Source: Octopus vulgaris
Lineage: Eukaryota
DNA: 64,000 bases
Assembly (NCBI GenBank): GCA_951406725.2
Contig: OX597821.1
Coordinates: forward strand, 52,824,001-52,888,000
Direction: 5' to 3'
Shown: piece by piece, positions 27,979 through 40,739 of the stretch
Layout of the letters: the number at the start of each line of letters is the position of its first letter
How positions within the stretch are numbered: position 1 is the first letter of the stretch
Made by a program: the position numbers and the translations under genes
The notes under the pieces: model-generated
The model's database searches: none
Told to the model about the DNA's origin: nothing
What the model saw: only the letters and a program-made list of their open reading frames with translations

Positions 27979-28783
27979 ATAAACACACACATACACACAC
28001 ATATATATATATAAATATACACATTTATGTATACACATACATGCATACACATACATTCATACATACATTCATATATACATACATACATACATATATAATA
28101 GCAATAATCAAGTAAAAACATCAGATGCATTTATTCCCCTCATTGTCTTTTTGGGGTATAAATACATGACTAGGAATTTAATTACAGATTAACAAGGAAG
28201 TAATCCATCTTAACATATATAGCAATAGCTACAAATTTTTAAAAATTTCTTTTTAATTCTTTTCATGTAGCTGTTTCACCAGTGAATGATTTCTCTTGTT
28301 AGCAAGTACTTTACTCTTACAAGAAAATAATTAAACACAATTTATTATTAATCAATTTAAAAGGCATGTAGAGCTAAACAATACTTTACTCCCATATTTA
28401 TGCCAAAATTGATGTATTTGGAGCCAGATCTTTTCAATTTCAGTCTGTTTCGAAGTGAAATGCAATGTGGAGCAGAAATGTCGTTAATGTGACAACAAAA
28501 GAAACATTAATTATATTTTTTAGTGACATAATGTTCAATAAGGGAATTAAATTTGACGAATGGTTCCATGCCAGGAATATACGAATATGTTAGTTTCCGT
28601 ATAACAGGGAGTACAAAAAGGAAAAAAAAACCTGATAAATAAAAGTAAATAAAACCAACAAATTTCGAACATGGGCATCATCGTAGCAGCATTGAAGAGA
28701 TTGTGTGTAAATCTATATATTTATATAATCATATGCAGATGCGTACGAATAAACATACGTTGATAAATGGATCCATATATATA

Positions 28784-28825
<42 letters not shown>

Positions 28826-28969
28826 TGTTTGTGTGTGTGTGTGTGGATGTGTCTGTGTAAGTGTGTGTAGATGTGAGCAGGTGTGTAGATGGCTAGACGA
28901 GTGACTAGATAGGAAATCTCCAGCATCATAGATCGCTATGTTGAGTTTCTATTTGCTGACTTTCAATCA

Positions 28970-29420
28970 ATTGTTGTTCTTGGCATCTTTTTGTCTCGGG
29001 AGACAATGGCGTTGCACATAAAATATTCCAGTTCGGTTTTTACATTTCATGTCATTTATATCTCCTGCTGTAGCAGTGTCGTCCTATCCTGGACAAACAC
29101 TCGCTGTGGCAGGTGACGCAGTTGTAGCAAAGACTTTGCCTGGCTGGTCTCCAGTTTTGCGCAGGCCTGGGTTAGATGTAATAAAATCTTGGGTAGCTCA
29201 GTCGTCAGGTTGCTCTCTCGACCTTGCTGACGTAGTCCAAAGGCGTGCAAAGCATTACACTTGGCATCAGCTTGGTTGCAGGAGCTGTCGGTTGAGTGTC
29301 GAGTCGAAAACTAAACCGCCTACGGGGCTCCACTCCGAATTTCTTTGAAGGTTGTCTCCTTTCCACTGGAGTTAGCTGAGCCCGGGACTCATGTCGGGCA
29401 GGGTCGTCACTCCCTGAAAT
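28970..29420 (-). mobile_element. Bipartite non-autonomous RTE derivative (5' UTR joined to 3' end)
   Basis: GC-rich RTE-like 5' UTR (TCGGAGTGGAGCCCC...CTCCTGCAACCAAGCTG...CCTTTGGAC), then the zinc-finger remnant YNCVTCHSECLSRIG, then an RTE-type tail CCATTGTCTCCCGAGAA-like hairpin (CCATTGTCTCCCGAGAC...GATGCCAAGAACAACAA). Family assignment is from recollection of RTE termini. Confidence 0.65.
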
Positions 29421-29459
29421 AGTGAAGAAAATCGCTACCCACTGCTTATTATTGGAAAA

Positions 29460-29511
<52 letters not shown>

Positions 29512-29513
<2 letters not shown>

Positions 29514-30009
29514 GTGGTGGCGAAAATGTTCAGAACGGCATTGTTATCGTCAGAAAAGTAGATATAATTTTTTATCAAAGTTATTTTATATTCTATAATT
29601 TTCACAGACAATAAATACGATATTATTTGTTATTGCTTGAGATTTTGGTGTAATTTGAGAGGATAATACAAAAGTTATGGATGATTTAGGGATTTACTGC
29701 AAAACCCATAGCGGTCAAAATGATCAGAACGGTTGGAAAAATAACAAAATAATCAAAAATGACAGAGAATACTGGAATTATTTAATATTTAGTGTGAAGC
29801 CCTTTAGCTTCAATCACACTCTGACATCTTCGACTGCATGAGGAAATTAAATTTTCAATTTCTTGCTGGGTGATCTTATTCCATTCTTCCTGAAGGGCAT
29901 TCCATAATTGCTCAGTTGTTTTAGGATTTCTGGCTTTCGAACGTTCTCCTAGAATATTCCATACATTTTCAATAGGATTGAGATCTGGGCTTTGAGCAGG
30001 CCAATCCAT
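29512..30009 (-). mobile_element. Tc1-family DNA transposon right end (transposase C-terminus plus IR/DR terminal repeat)
   Basis: ORF 29782-30009 MDWPAQSPDLNPIENVW...W.KI....LISS..RRCQSVIEAKGLHTKY is the canonical Tc1 C-terminus. The terminus CAGTGGTGGCGAAAATGTTCAGAACGG abuts a (TA)n tract, and an inner copy CATAGCGGTCAAAATGATCAGAACGG lies at ~29707. Confidence 0.92.
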
Positions 30010-30048
30010 TGTCCATTATTTACACTGCGCAGTGTAAATAACGGACAA
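30009..30048. repeat. 40-bp palindrome with one mismatched pair
   Basis: TTGTCCATTATTTACACTGC|GCAGTGTAAATAACGGACAA. Confidence 0.9.
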
Positions 30049-30238
30049 AGTCAAGACTATTGAAAAGGTTGCAAGACACAACGAAAATTTTAGAAAAATA
30101 AAAATAAGAAATAAGCGAAAATTTTACCGGTGAGTGTGCTACGTTATAAGGCACAAATAAAAAATGACTCTCCCCAGGCACAACAGATATGCTTCAACAC
30201 ACGAACTCATATAAATAATCTTGCAAACCAAATCCCAA

Positions 30239-30277
<39 letters not shown>

Positions 30278-31317
30278 TGTATGTGTGTGTGCGTGTATGT
30301 CTGTATATTTGTTTGCATCTATATCTGTATGTGTATATATGTGCATAATCGTATGCATACTTTTTTATATAATCAAATATGTTTGTATGTAGTTGTTTCT
30401 CTCAGTGTGGTTTGTATGTATATTAATGGTCATATGCCCTTTGTGAGTGTGGTTGTGTATTTTAAGTATGTTAATGTTTATATTTATCTGCTTCTATGTA
30501 GATGAGTATATTGTTTTGGTTTCACTACAGATTATTGGGATGGAAAGTATTTTGAGGCGTAGTTAGAAAATATGATTAAAATAAGGTCCATAACCTTTTA
30601 TGTGTGATCTTTCGACCTTTCCATTCTGTTCATTGAAATGCTTTATCTTTTGTAAAAACAATAGTTCTAGGTCTAGATTGTTCTGTAGGGTGATAGCGGT
30701 CTTAGATTTCTTTACTATTTTTACTGATTCAAATTACAAAGAGTAACTTTCTTTGGCTTGACTATAGTGCACAATGCTGGAATAATTTTACAAGAACACT
30801 GACGCATTGATATAGTCTATCGACAATCTAATTATCTTGTTAACATTGTAATTCAGTCTAACGGCATTTGACGGAAATAAATGTTAAGAGGTACCCAGAA
30901 TTCAATCAGATATAATCATGGTGGTACCGTCTGTGACATGATGTGACGTTGGGAATTAGTTCTACTGCATGAAAAAATTATATATTAGGACATCCCATTG
31001 TGTTATAATTGTTTAGCCCCGAGTCAACACTGATCATCCGTGACCATCTAGCATATTTTTTGTAAGGTTGTATAGAATCTATTTCTTTGTTAATTAACAT
31101 GGTAGTATTTTATTTAAAGAAATTTGGTTACTATTTCCAGCATGTGAGGTGAAAGTATACAGGATGCCCACGTAAGGTTACCTGGTGATGCAGAAAGGAG
31201 TATGAATACTTACATTATACATGTATTTTTTCTCATAATTGTGCGTATTCATCAAACGATGGCAGACGTTGAGGTTAAGACTGTTTAGGTTACGATAGTA
31301 TGTGTGTGTGTGTGTGT

Positions 31318-31354
<37 letters not shown>

Positions 31355-31681
31355 TTTGTCTGTCTGTTTGTATGTGTGAGATTCAGAGTTTAGGGTATTG
31401 TACTCACGACCGCAAGATCGTGATTTCAATTCCTGGAGCGGTAGCTGTGTTGCGTTTTTGAGCAAAACACCTCATATCACGCTGCTCTGCTATTATCACT
31501 TTCGTACCTGACGTATGTTACATCCTGTACCTGTTCAGCTATCGTCGATTTGATGAAGGGAGAGAGCTTATGTACACCGCAAACATTTCTTCACAATAAA
31601 CAGTTCGTCTCCGACGGGGAATTTCAACATACATTTATTATACACACAGACGCACATATATATACATACGCACACACACAT

Positions 31682-31781
<100 letters not shown>

Positions 31782-34700
31782 ATATATATATATATATATA
31801 TATATCCAAAAGGATAAAGTCTTATTTTTTCCAGGTTTGCTATGACTGACAGTCAATAAAACCTGCAATTGAAAGGTAACTGTTGTTTTATAAAGAACAA
31901 TTTATACACTTGAAATTGCGGGATTAGATTTCGCTATGGAAGTTAACAAAGGAAAACTGCAAGCGTCATATCAAATTTACTTAATGTCATATGAAAAAAA
32001 AAAAAGGTACATGTTTTCGACAATGAAAATGCTGCTGTAGGATCAAATGAACTACCTCCTCATTGAATTAGTGTCAGAGCGATTGTCTATTCCAAACACA
32101 CTTGTGTACGGAATGTAATTCCCATGCTGTACAGCGATACGGAATACGGGACAAAGATGGATCTTTTGAATAACGGTTGCAATCTTACCAACAGATTGCA
32201 CTTAGTTTCCATCTAATCAGGTTTCCTCTCAAGGTTAGGATCGACAAGAGAGTACAATAAAGGGCATCCTCTAAGATGTCATACAGGGGCATAGAATTTT
32301 GGAACTAGTGTTTGCGAAACGATTTTCATAAAGTTTCACCCATGCTCTGGATATATACGCGAGAATTTATACGCACCCATTATCACGCCAAAAGATAAAA
32401 GAGACTCTTACAAAATTACACCTGGATTCCTATAAATACTTGATGCCAATTAGAATAAAAGATGTAACATTGTATTGTCCCTAGGTAAGATTTCTCAAAC
32501 ATATTCAATTTATACGCCAACGTATTGATTACAAAACTTCTTAAACAGTACTTATCTTTAGGCCATTATACAAACAGCTATTTTTTCTGTTCGCAGATTT
32601 AAAAGAAAATCTCAACAGAAAATGTTAATTGCAATATCTTCTTAGGAGTGGTTGTATTCTATATGAGAAAACTCAAAAGAAGTTTAAGATATTCTAAAAA
32701 ATTTTGATATGGAGTATTTTAAAATGAAAAAGTTGTTGGTAACTATGTTTTGTGTACATTATGTATTAAAATAAACAAACACATTTATATATTTCTCAAA
32801 ATATTACACATACGCTTACCAAACCATGTACAGACAAACGCGTGCAAAAATTGAATATATACATATGTGTTCCAAGCTACAATTTTCACCTAAATATCTG
32901 AAATTTTACGCATCTTATGTACCTCCTACTCCATTTTAAGTAGGAGGGCATAGGTTATGTGAGTTTTCATGGAGGTGATTGATGTCAACATTCACCTGCC
33001 GACGCTCACTCAAATTGATTGAAGACACCTGAGGAGGACACTATACATTAAATAATCACCTTCACTATGTACTGAGTACAGCAAGAATGTTTTCTTATCT
33101 GTTGATGGTTATCTGTTAACAATCATAAACATATCCCCTTTTATACATAATGTTAATATAGTAAATATGATATATTTTGTAGATATTTCGAAACCAATCA
33201 TAACATCAGGCATTGCATATTATTCTTTAGGTTTACTTTTTACTACTGTTTGCTATTGATCAGTAAAGTGGAAGAAAGATGAATATAAATATGCACAAAT
33301 AACTAAATATGTACAAATATAATTTACTTAGCGTATAAACGTATCACACAAGCGATGTACGAAGAGTAAATTTTTGAGATGTAATTATCGCCTTGAGCAG
33401 GGCAATGGACCGACATGGTAAATTTTGTTATGCTGTGTCTATAAATATATTATCTACTCAGAGCGTAACGGGGAGATAAGCTATACTCATGACCTTTGAA
33501 GTCTTTCGAATGTAAATGAAATAGATTAGGTAGTGTTCAACTCAAAATATCTCGCATTTGCTATTTGTAAGAAAATGATGGATTAGGGAAACATTCTAGA
33601 AAGTAAAAGTTCTGCTGATGAAACATTCAGGGTTTGACTAGAGTAGGATTTTGGATGAAGTAGCAGAATCGTTACAGTATCAGGTGTCTCGTGGAATCTC
33701 TTCTAGACTCCTCGTTCGAAATTCAAATCTATCTGAAAGCAATTCAGTTTTTCTTCCCTTCGTATTCGATAAAGTACTGTTCAGCTACTTAGGGCAACTT
33801 CGCATCATTTCCCTCTTTCTATGTCATGTAAACAGGAACTGCATCAGCATCCCTTCCAGCACACCACACTCAGGCTGCATCCTTAAAGAAGAAATTTAGT
33901 AAAAAGGGCAAATAGAACAAATGTTGTGCGATAGTTGTAGCATTAAGTTGTGCCAGTCAAAAGAATAACCTTTCCTAAAATGTAATCTACAATATCTGTG
34001 TCTATAATAGTAGAAACGCCCCACACCCGAGCATTTATTTTTGTTATGGTTGGGGTCTACTGCAGCTTTGTAGAGAATAAATAACTGAACAGAGCCTAAG
34101 TTTTTCTTCGATTTGTCTTATCTGTTTGGTACAGACTTTACCGTTATACATGTGCGGTGAAAAAATGAGACGTAATCAGACGCTGTGTGGAGGTATGATA
34201 TTCGCAGCTACTGAGAATCTTTTGAGCAGGCGGGCGTGGTCCAAACTGGATCCTTAATTTGTTGAAACTGTGTCTTGATAACCAGTGTTGTATCTACAGC
34301 TAACACATTCAATACTCAAGTAGCTTTGTCTACCTAATGAATAAGAATACACTGTAAAGAAAATACAAATTGACAGATGTTGACTTCAAATTTTCCAGAA
34401 GAATGAGACTGAGCTACAAGCCCATGAATGTCCTATTCCTTAACTTAGCAAAGCTGCTGAACCCTTGATATGGTCTAGAACTTTCAAAGACATTGTATAT
34501 ACGCTGTTATTGTTTAGCCTCCAGTCATACTAAGCAGATTTATACGTCAACGATTTATAAGTTTTCAAAGAAAACCAACAGCGCATCTTTAAAAGTGAAA
34601 CAAAGAATTGCTATCATTTTGAGGAAATGAATAATCACGCTTACATAAAAAATTAAAAAATGCAACAAATATTCAAGAACTTGAAATAATCTACCAAAAA

Positions 34701-36244
34701 TATTAATATATTAAGTATATTAGCAAATATTGCAACATTCTTTCTAATTAAGTTTCACAATTGAATTTTCGTGTCAAAAAAATAAATTAAAACAATGAAC
34801 GAAAATATAGTCTATAATATTATATACATATGTAAATTAGCATATGTTCTTCCATATGTTCTACAAGATTTTAGGCTGCGTTCAAAATCCAGCGGTATTT
34901 AAGAATATGCATATTGTTATGATAATATATACATTGTAATTTAATGATACACACCCACGATTAACACTCTTAAGATTATGAAATTGTGAGCATAAATATA
35001 AATATACTACTAATTGTAGCAACCAGTCCGGTTCGTTTTTGCATCTATACACACATAATATATATACTTAATTATTTATTTATATGTATATTAGTATATA
35101 TGTATGCATTCTCATATATATTGTTATGTTTCGTGGTATGGTACACATTCATGTCACGCCTTATACAAGACGAGTGTAGACACCGATGTATTTATATTCC
35201 TGAAATGTGTAAGATTACAAACTCACTGCTGGTTTCGTGCACTCAGTGTTTGGCTAGATGACAATTTGTCTATGTCGGGCAGACAGATTGTTACAATGAG
35301 ACCTTTAGGGAGAGGTTAAAAAAATATACTTCACTAGTCAGTAGTTAATTGTAGCTGCCAGGCTTAGAGTTATATTTATACATAGATAATTTCAGTGTGT
35401 GAACATATGAAAAATGTGCAGACATACACACACTTATTCGCTCATGTCTATCACTGTCTGTGTAGTTATGCGGAATCAGTTGCTGTTTTTTTCTTTCTTA
35501 AGTTGCTGGTGAAATTTATACGCCGCATGCCCTCAATAAAGGTACAATGTTTTAATTGATTTATCTCAAACGTAACTAAATAAGTGCGCGCTGTGTGAAA
35601 TTGAATAGCAAAAAATAAATCGGCCATTGATTACTAATAAATGCACCTCAACTATTGAGGAATCTTTCTTTCCGTAATTATTACTATCATGATTATGATA
35701 ATAACGATGATGATCTTTTATGAGCTACAGAGGCACAGATGAGGCGGGACATAACAGGGACAGAGTACAATCATTTTGTATGTGTGTGTGGGGTGATTAT
35801 AAAAGATGAGGACAAAAATAGAAAATACGGTGAAATAGGATAAAAGTATAATTGTATCCAAAGTATGTAATAACATGAACAATGCAGTCCTCTTGATAGA
35901 GGAGAAACTCCAACTACAGCAAATCGAGGCATCCCCACGAATACACCGGCCACCAAAGACACGATCCCTCGTCCAACTCTTGTCCTCCAATCTACAGGTG
36001 CATGCTTAGAGTAGGAGCATTTACTCCAACCATTTATTCATTCCACAGTAACCTATCTTTTAACAAATTTACTGCTGCGGGGAGAGTTAAGCACTTTCTT
36101 TAATAACAAATGAAGCGATAAGAAGACATACAATGAAAACTGAGACTGGATTAGACGGACACTCACAAATATAGTAAGCCAAATTTCTAGTTCCCATCGG
36201 TCCTATGTGTGCACAGAAATTTACTTCGGCTGTTCAATACAATT

Positions 36245-37160
36245 ATGAGAAACCCTGAGAAAACACCTAACTGGCTTGCAAATGTTATTACTTGCCAACT
36301 CCGAAAGAATAATGTAACCAAGGTTCCAAACAACTATCAGCTCATAACTTGATTATCCACCGCTTATAAAATTTTAACATCTTTTCTTAGGGCGAAAACA
36401 TGTATTTACGCAAGAGAACAATATTTTACATATTGAACAAAAAGGGCGCCAAGGAAGCTAATATAGATGCAAAGATCAACTCTTAATTAATCACATGAGC
36501 ATTGAGAACTGTCATAACAAGCTCAGAAATTTCACTCCTGCATGGATTCATTACGAAAAGGCCTACCGACATACCGTATTTCTGAAATCGCTGAACATCT
36601 TCAAAATTCCTTCTGTAATTTCAGACATTCTGAAGCATACCATGTCACTGTGGAAAGTTAATCTCCACTTATATCTTTTTCGTGGAGTACTAACTTCAAA
36701 CAATATTATCATCAAATGTGGAATTTGCCAATGCAGTAAAATTTACATCTATTTTTTTTTTTGCTAAGCGCTATGACTTTTACATGTGAACTTTACATAA
36801 CAGGGTATGGTTATAAAATTGACATCAAGAAAATAAACCATGTATTTTATATGGATTACTTATAACTTTATGGCAAAGACAATGATGGGATTCAAGGCCT
36901 TTTCTATTACGTCTTGTGAAAGCATTCCGCGATGACATCAGATGCGCCAAGGCCATCTTCAATAAAGGGAAATTGATAACCTCAAAATCAGTTGTGTTAG
37001 ATATTGAAACAAGTGTAAAAGAACTTGAGCAGAAACAAAACTATAAATACCGAAAGAATAAGTGAAGATTCTGGCATTCAACATGCAAGCATGAAAGAGA
37101 AGGTTGAAAAAAGACTTATTTTGTCGGCATAGTATACCATATCAGTTGAAAATGTGAGGA
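36245..37160 (+). mobile_element. Decayed R4/Dong LINE reverse transcriptase fragment
   Basis: Reads NPEKTPNWL, NYQLIT*LSTAYKILTS, EQKG, CKDQLLIN, AWIHYEKAY, LKSLNIFKI, MSLWKVNL, CGICQ, YGYKI..KKINHVFYMDY (degenerate YMDD). Confidence 0.8.
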
Positions 37161-37169
37161 AAAAACAGT

Positions 37170-37640
37170 GAGGGGAATATTCGATTACATCGACTCCAGT
37201 GTTTCACATCCGAAAGGATGCAAGGCAAAGTTTACCTCGGCGGAATTTGAACTCAGAACAAAATGATCGGTGAATACCTATTTTTTTACTACTCGCAAGG
37301 GGCTAAACACAGAGGGACAAACAAGGACAGACAACGGATTAAGTGGATTACATCGACCCCAGTGCGTAACTGGTACGTAATTCATCGACCCCGAAAAGAT
37401 GAAAGGCAAAGTCAACCTCGGCGGAATTTGAACTCAGAACGTAACGGCAGACGTAATACAGGTAGGCATTTCGCCCGCCGTGCTAACGTTTCTGCCAGCT
37501 CGCAACCTTGACAATATTTTCTACTATAAGCACAAGGCTTGAAATTTTGTGTGGAGGGGACTAGTCGATTACATCGACCCCAATGTTTCACTAGTACTTA
37601 ACTTATCAATCGCGAAAGAATGAATGGCAAGTCGATCTCT
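37170..37640 (-). mobile_element. Nested cluster of SINE family B copies (best copy 37281-37509)
   Basis: GAGCTGGCAGAAACGTTAGCACG...GTTCTGAGTTCAAATTCCGCCGAGGTTGACTTTGCCTTTCATC...GGGGTCGATGTAATC, partially repeated three times. Homologues at ~4735-5150 (+), 7615-7805 (-) and 21075-21555 (-). Confidence 0.8.
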
Positions 37641-38147
37641 GCGGGATTAGAAGGCAAGAGCAGGAAATGAATATTTCAAAGCCTCTTCTCTAAAATGTTA
37701 CCAATTCTGTCAGATCGCAGGGATTAATACACGAATTTTCATTGAAACTGTTTCAATTACAGATTTTATAATAGTAATAAGCATGAGCTGAAGCCGAATT
37801 TGTTAATGCAGATTGAGTATTTATCAATTATATACTAGTATGACATAAATGAAGATGTTTGTAGCCTTGTAAAACGACAATTAAGAACCACAGTTATAGC
37901 TCAATATTAAAAATATTATTTTGCCATATTTGCATGTAAAGTCATACAAACATAGTCAAGAATATATGTAAATGTATGAGTGCTTTAAATTTCATTTACC
38001 ATTTTCAGGGAAGTTTAAGTATAACGAGAAATATTTTAGAGATTAAAATGTATTATAAAATTCGATTTGATTAGAATATTAAATCCCGCTTGACGGCTTG
38101 TACATACAGATTGGGTATACATGCATAATCACTTACATACGTACATG

Positions 38148-38722
38148 CTGGTTGTCTACTCCTTATCCAGATTTTGAGCACCTTCTGTACCTACGCCTTA
38201 GAATCATCAGGGCATCAGATGTGGCCTTTTAAGCCAGATAATCTTCTGAAAAGACCCCTACATCGATTGTACATCCAATTTGGACCACCAAGAGCTGCAG
38301 ATAAATTCTGATCTTTGTGGATCCTAAAATCTCTTTTGAGGCCTCCGTTAGATTTGAAAACCTTCTGGCAAACACTGCATTCAAAAGTGTGCACAGGCAT
38401 ATAGGCAGAACAGTTGGTGGAGGTTCGTTTTCGAGGTTTGTTTTCCATGGGTTTGCAAATAAGATTTTAGTCCAGCAATTGAAAGGCATGGTCGGTCACA
38501 AAGTGTGCACACAAAAGATCATTATAATTCACCTTCTCCATCATAACATTCTCCCTTAAATCTATTTTAACCCTTGCATGCGTTATCCTGGCCTCTGCAA
38601 ACGCTTTGCGTCCACTCCACAGTTTTGTCCGCCATCCTGCTCGATCCGAAGCAAGGGTTTCTATGTCGTCTGGATCCATTCCAAGTGACTTCATAGGAGT
38701 CCTTACGCCGTCCTTAAACCTT
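38148..38722 (-). mobile_element. 3' end of an RTE-clade LINE with C-terminal C2H2-like zinc fingers
   Basis: RFKDGVRTPMKSLGMDPDDIETLASDRAGWR matches the RTE ORF end. It is followed by FECSVCQKVFKSNGGLKR..RIH and CRGLFRRLSGLKGHI. Flanked by (CATA)n-type repeats. Confidence 0.8.
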
Positions 38723-39299
38723 ACATACATACATGGATAATACATACATACATACATACATGCATACATATATATGTACATACATATAAACATCCATGCA
38801 TACGTACATGCATATATACATACGTACATACATACATACATACATACATACATACATACATACATACATACATACATACATACATACATGTGTGTTTGTG
38901 TTGTCTACTCACAGGCGTGCGAAAAACACATAGGCAGTTGTAAAGGATTTTGCTCTGCAAAGTCAGTTCAGCTATATTTCTATCTTAATTGGTTAATTTC
39001 AAGAGTCAGTTAGTTACGCAAATTATCCTTAAGCAAAACATGCTGAACTAATGTCACTATATTATGTAAAACAAGGATGTGTATAACCCTTCCCAGACAC
39101 ACTTATATATTATACATATATGCACACACAAAGATATATATATATATGCCCACATACATATATGCTTACGTGTTTGTATGTATGTGAGTGTGTGTGTGTG
39201 AATTCTGTGTGTGCATATGTGTATGTATGCCTGTGTATGTATACTAATGTATAAATAAATAAAAGTGTATAAGTAATGAAGCAAACATGCACAGACACG

Positions 39300-39450
39300 G
39301 GAGAGGCTGTGTGATAAGAAGCGTGCTTCCCAACCACATGGTTCAGGGTTCAATCCGACTGCGTGGCACCTTGGGCAAGTATCTCCTACATATAGCCACC
39401 GCGGGCCGACCAACTGGTACACGGAAACTGAAAGAAGCCCGTCGTATTTC

Positions 39451-39487
<37 letters not shown>

Positions 39488-39670
39488 TTGTCGCCTACCT
39501 TCACTTGACAACCGATGTTCGTGTGTTTACGTCCCCGTAACTTACCAGTTCGGTAACAGAAACTGACAGATTATGTTCTAGGCTTACAATGAATGAGTCC
39601 TGCGGTCGAATTATTCGACAAAAGGCAGTGCTCTAGCATGGCTGCAGTAAAATGACTAAAAGAAACAAAG
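39300..39670 (+). mobile_element. SINE family A copy
   Basis: GGCTGTGTGATAAGAAGC, GGGTTCAATCC, GGCACCTTGGGCAAG, ACGGAAACTGAAAGAAGCCCGTCG, GTCCCCGTAACTT, GCATGGCTGCAG. Confidence 0.8.
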
Positions 39671-39836
39671 GAATAACTAACACCCCTAATGTCGAAGATA
39701 TACATTCCTAATGTACTAAGTTACTTATTGAATTAGTAGCGGTGGCAGTTGTCTCTACTGTATGATTCGGTACGCATATATGCATTAATGCAAATATACA
39801 CGTATACAGTTTGCATTCATACATATACACATACAT

Positions 39837-39897
<61 letters not shown>

Positions 39898-39930
39898 TAC
39901 GTATAAATATATATGTATATGTATTCGTAT

Positions 39931-40404
39931 ATATTAATAGTTATCGTCAAGCTAACAGGGCAGTCCAGAACAATAGGACGAATGCTGCCGTTGATTAGCT
40001 CCAAGAGGCCATCGCCTCTAGCTAGCTATGTGACACACAAACCAGTGTCCATTATAACCTTCGAACAGGGTAAGTCAGCAGCTTCCCCTTGCTGGTCTGG
40101 CATCCACAGACTAGTTTCTAGGTGTTTGACTCTTATCAATGTGGAGTAACCGAAACCCAGAAGGTGTCGCTGCTGACCGACTGTTCGAAGGTTTATTTAC
40201 CTAAATTCAGTGGAATACATCCACTGGTTTTCAAAAGGTAGAAATATCATTATTTCTAATTCTCTCTAAAGGAGACTACGGCAGTGGTATTGGATATTAA
40301 TAGTTATCACCAAGTTAACATGGCAGTCCAGATAAATAGGACGAATGCTGCCGTTGATTAGCTCCGAGAAGCCATCGCCTCTAGCTAGCTATGTGACACA
40401 CAAA
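39931..40404. repeat. 111-bp direct repeats (39931-40041, 40294-40404; period 363 nt) enclosing a structured, hammerhead-containing core
   Basis: ATATTAATAGTTATC...TAGGACGAATGCTGCCGTTGATTAGCTCC...GCCATCGCCTCTAGCTAGCTATGTGACACACAAA occurs twice. Confidence 0.9.
40103..40145 (-). ncRNA. Type I hammerhead ribozyme-like motif (U3-A8 variant)
   Basis: TCCACA TTGATAA GAGTCAAACACCTA GAAAC TA GTC TGTGGA: 6-bp stem I, palindromic stem III (ACTAGT), GUC cleavage triplet. The stem II closing pair is mismatched (G/A). Confidence 0.65.
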
Positions 40405-40739
40405 TCTTTTCAATGTTACATTACTTTCAAAGAATTTTCCCCGTTATACGCTGGTTTGGCTATATATAAACGTACCTAAAAAACGCTTTTCTCGTTAACC
40501 AGTTCTCCGATTTCCACAAAACATGTTTGATTTCGTTTCTGTTCACACGAGCATCCGATTTATGACGAATCCTGCTTTTGTCACTTTCCCTTTTGTTCGC
40601 CTGACGCTAAGCTAGCTCTCCGGGTGTCCAATTCCTAATCTCTCCTGCTTCGGACTCTTTCCCTCTGTTCCGCTAGACGCCCAGCACTTGCTTTATCAGT
40701 TTCATCGATCCTTCTATTCACGTGCCTGTCCCAATCTTG

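Noticed and set aside
38215-38448. C2H2 zinc-finger-like ORF as a host gene
   Set aside because: It is contiguous with an RTE LINE C-terminus and degenerate, so it belongs to the retrotransposon.
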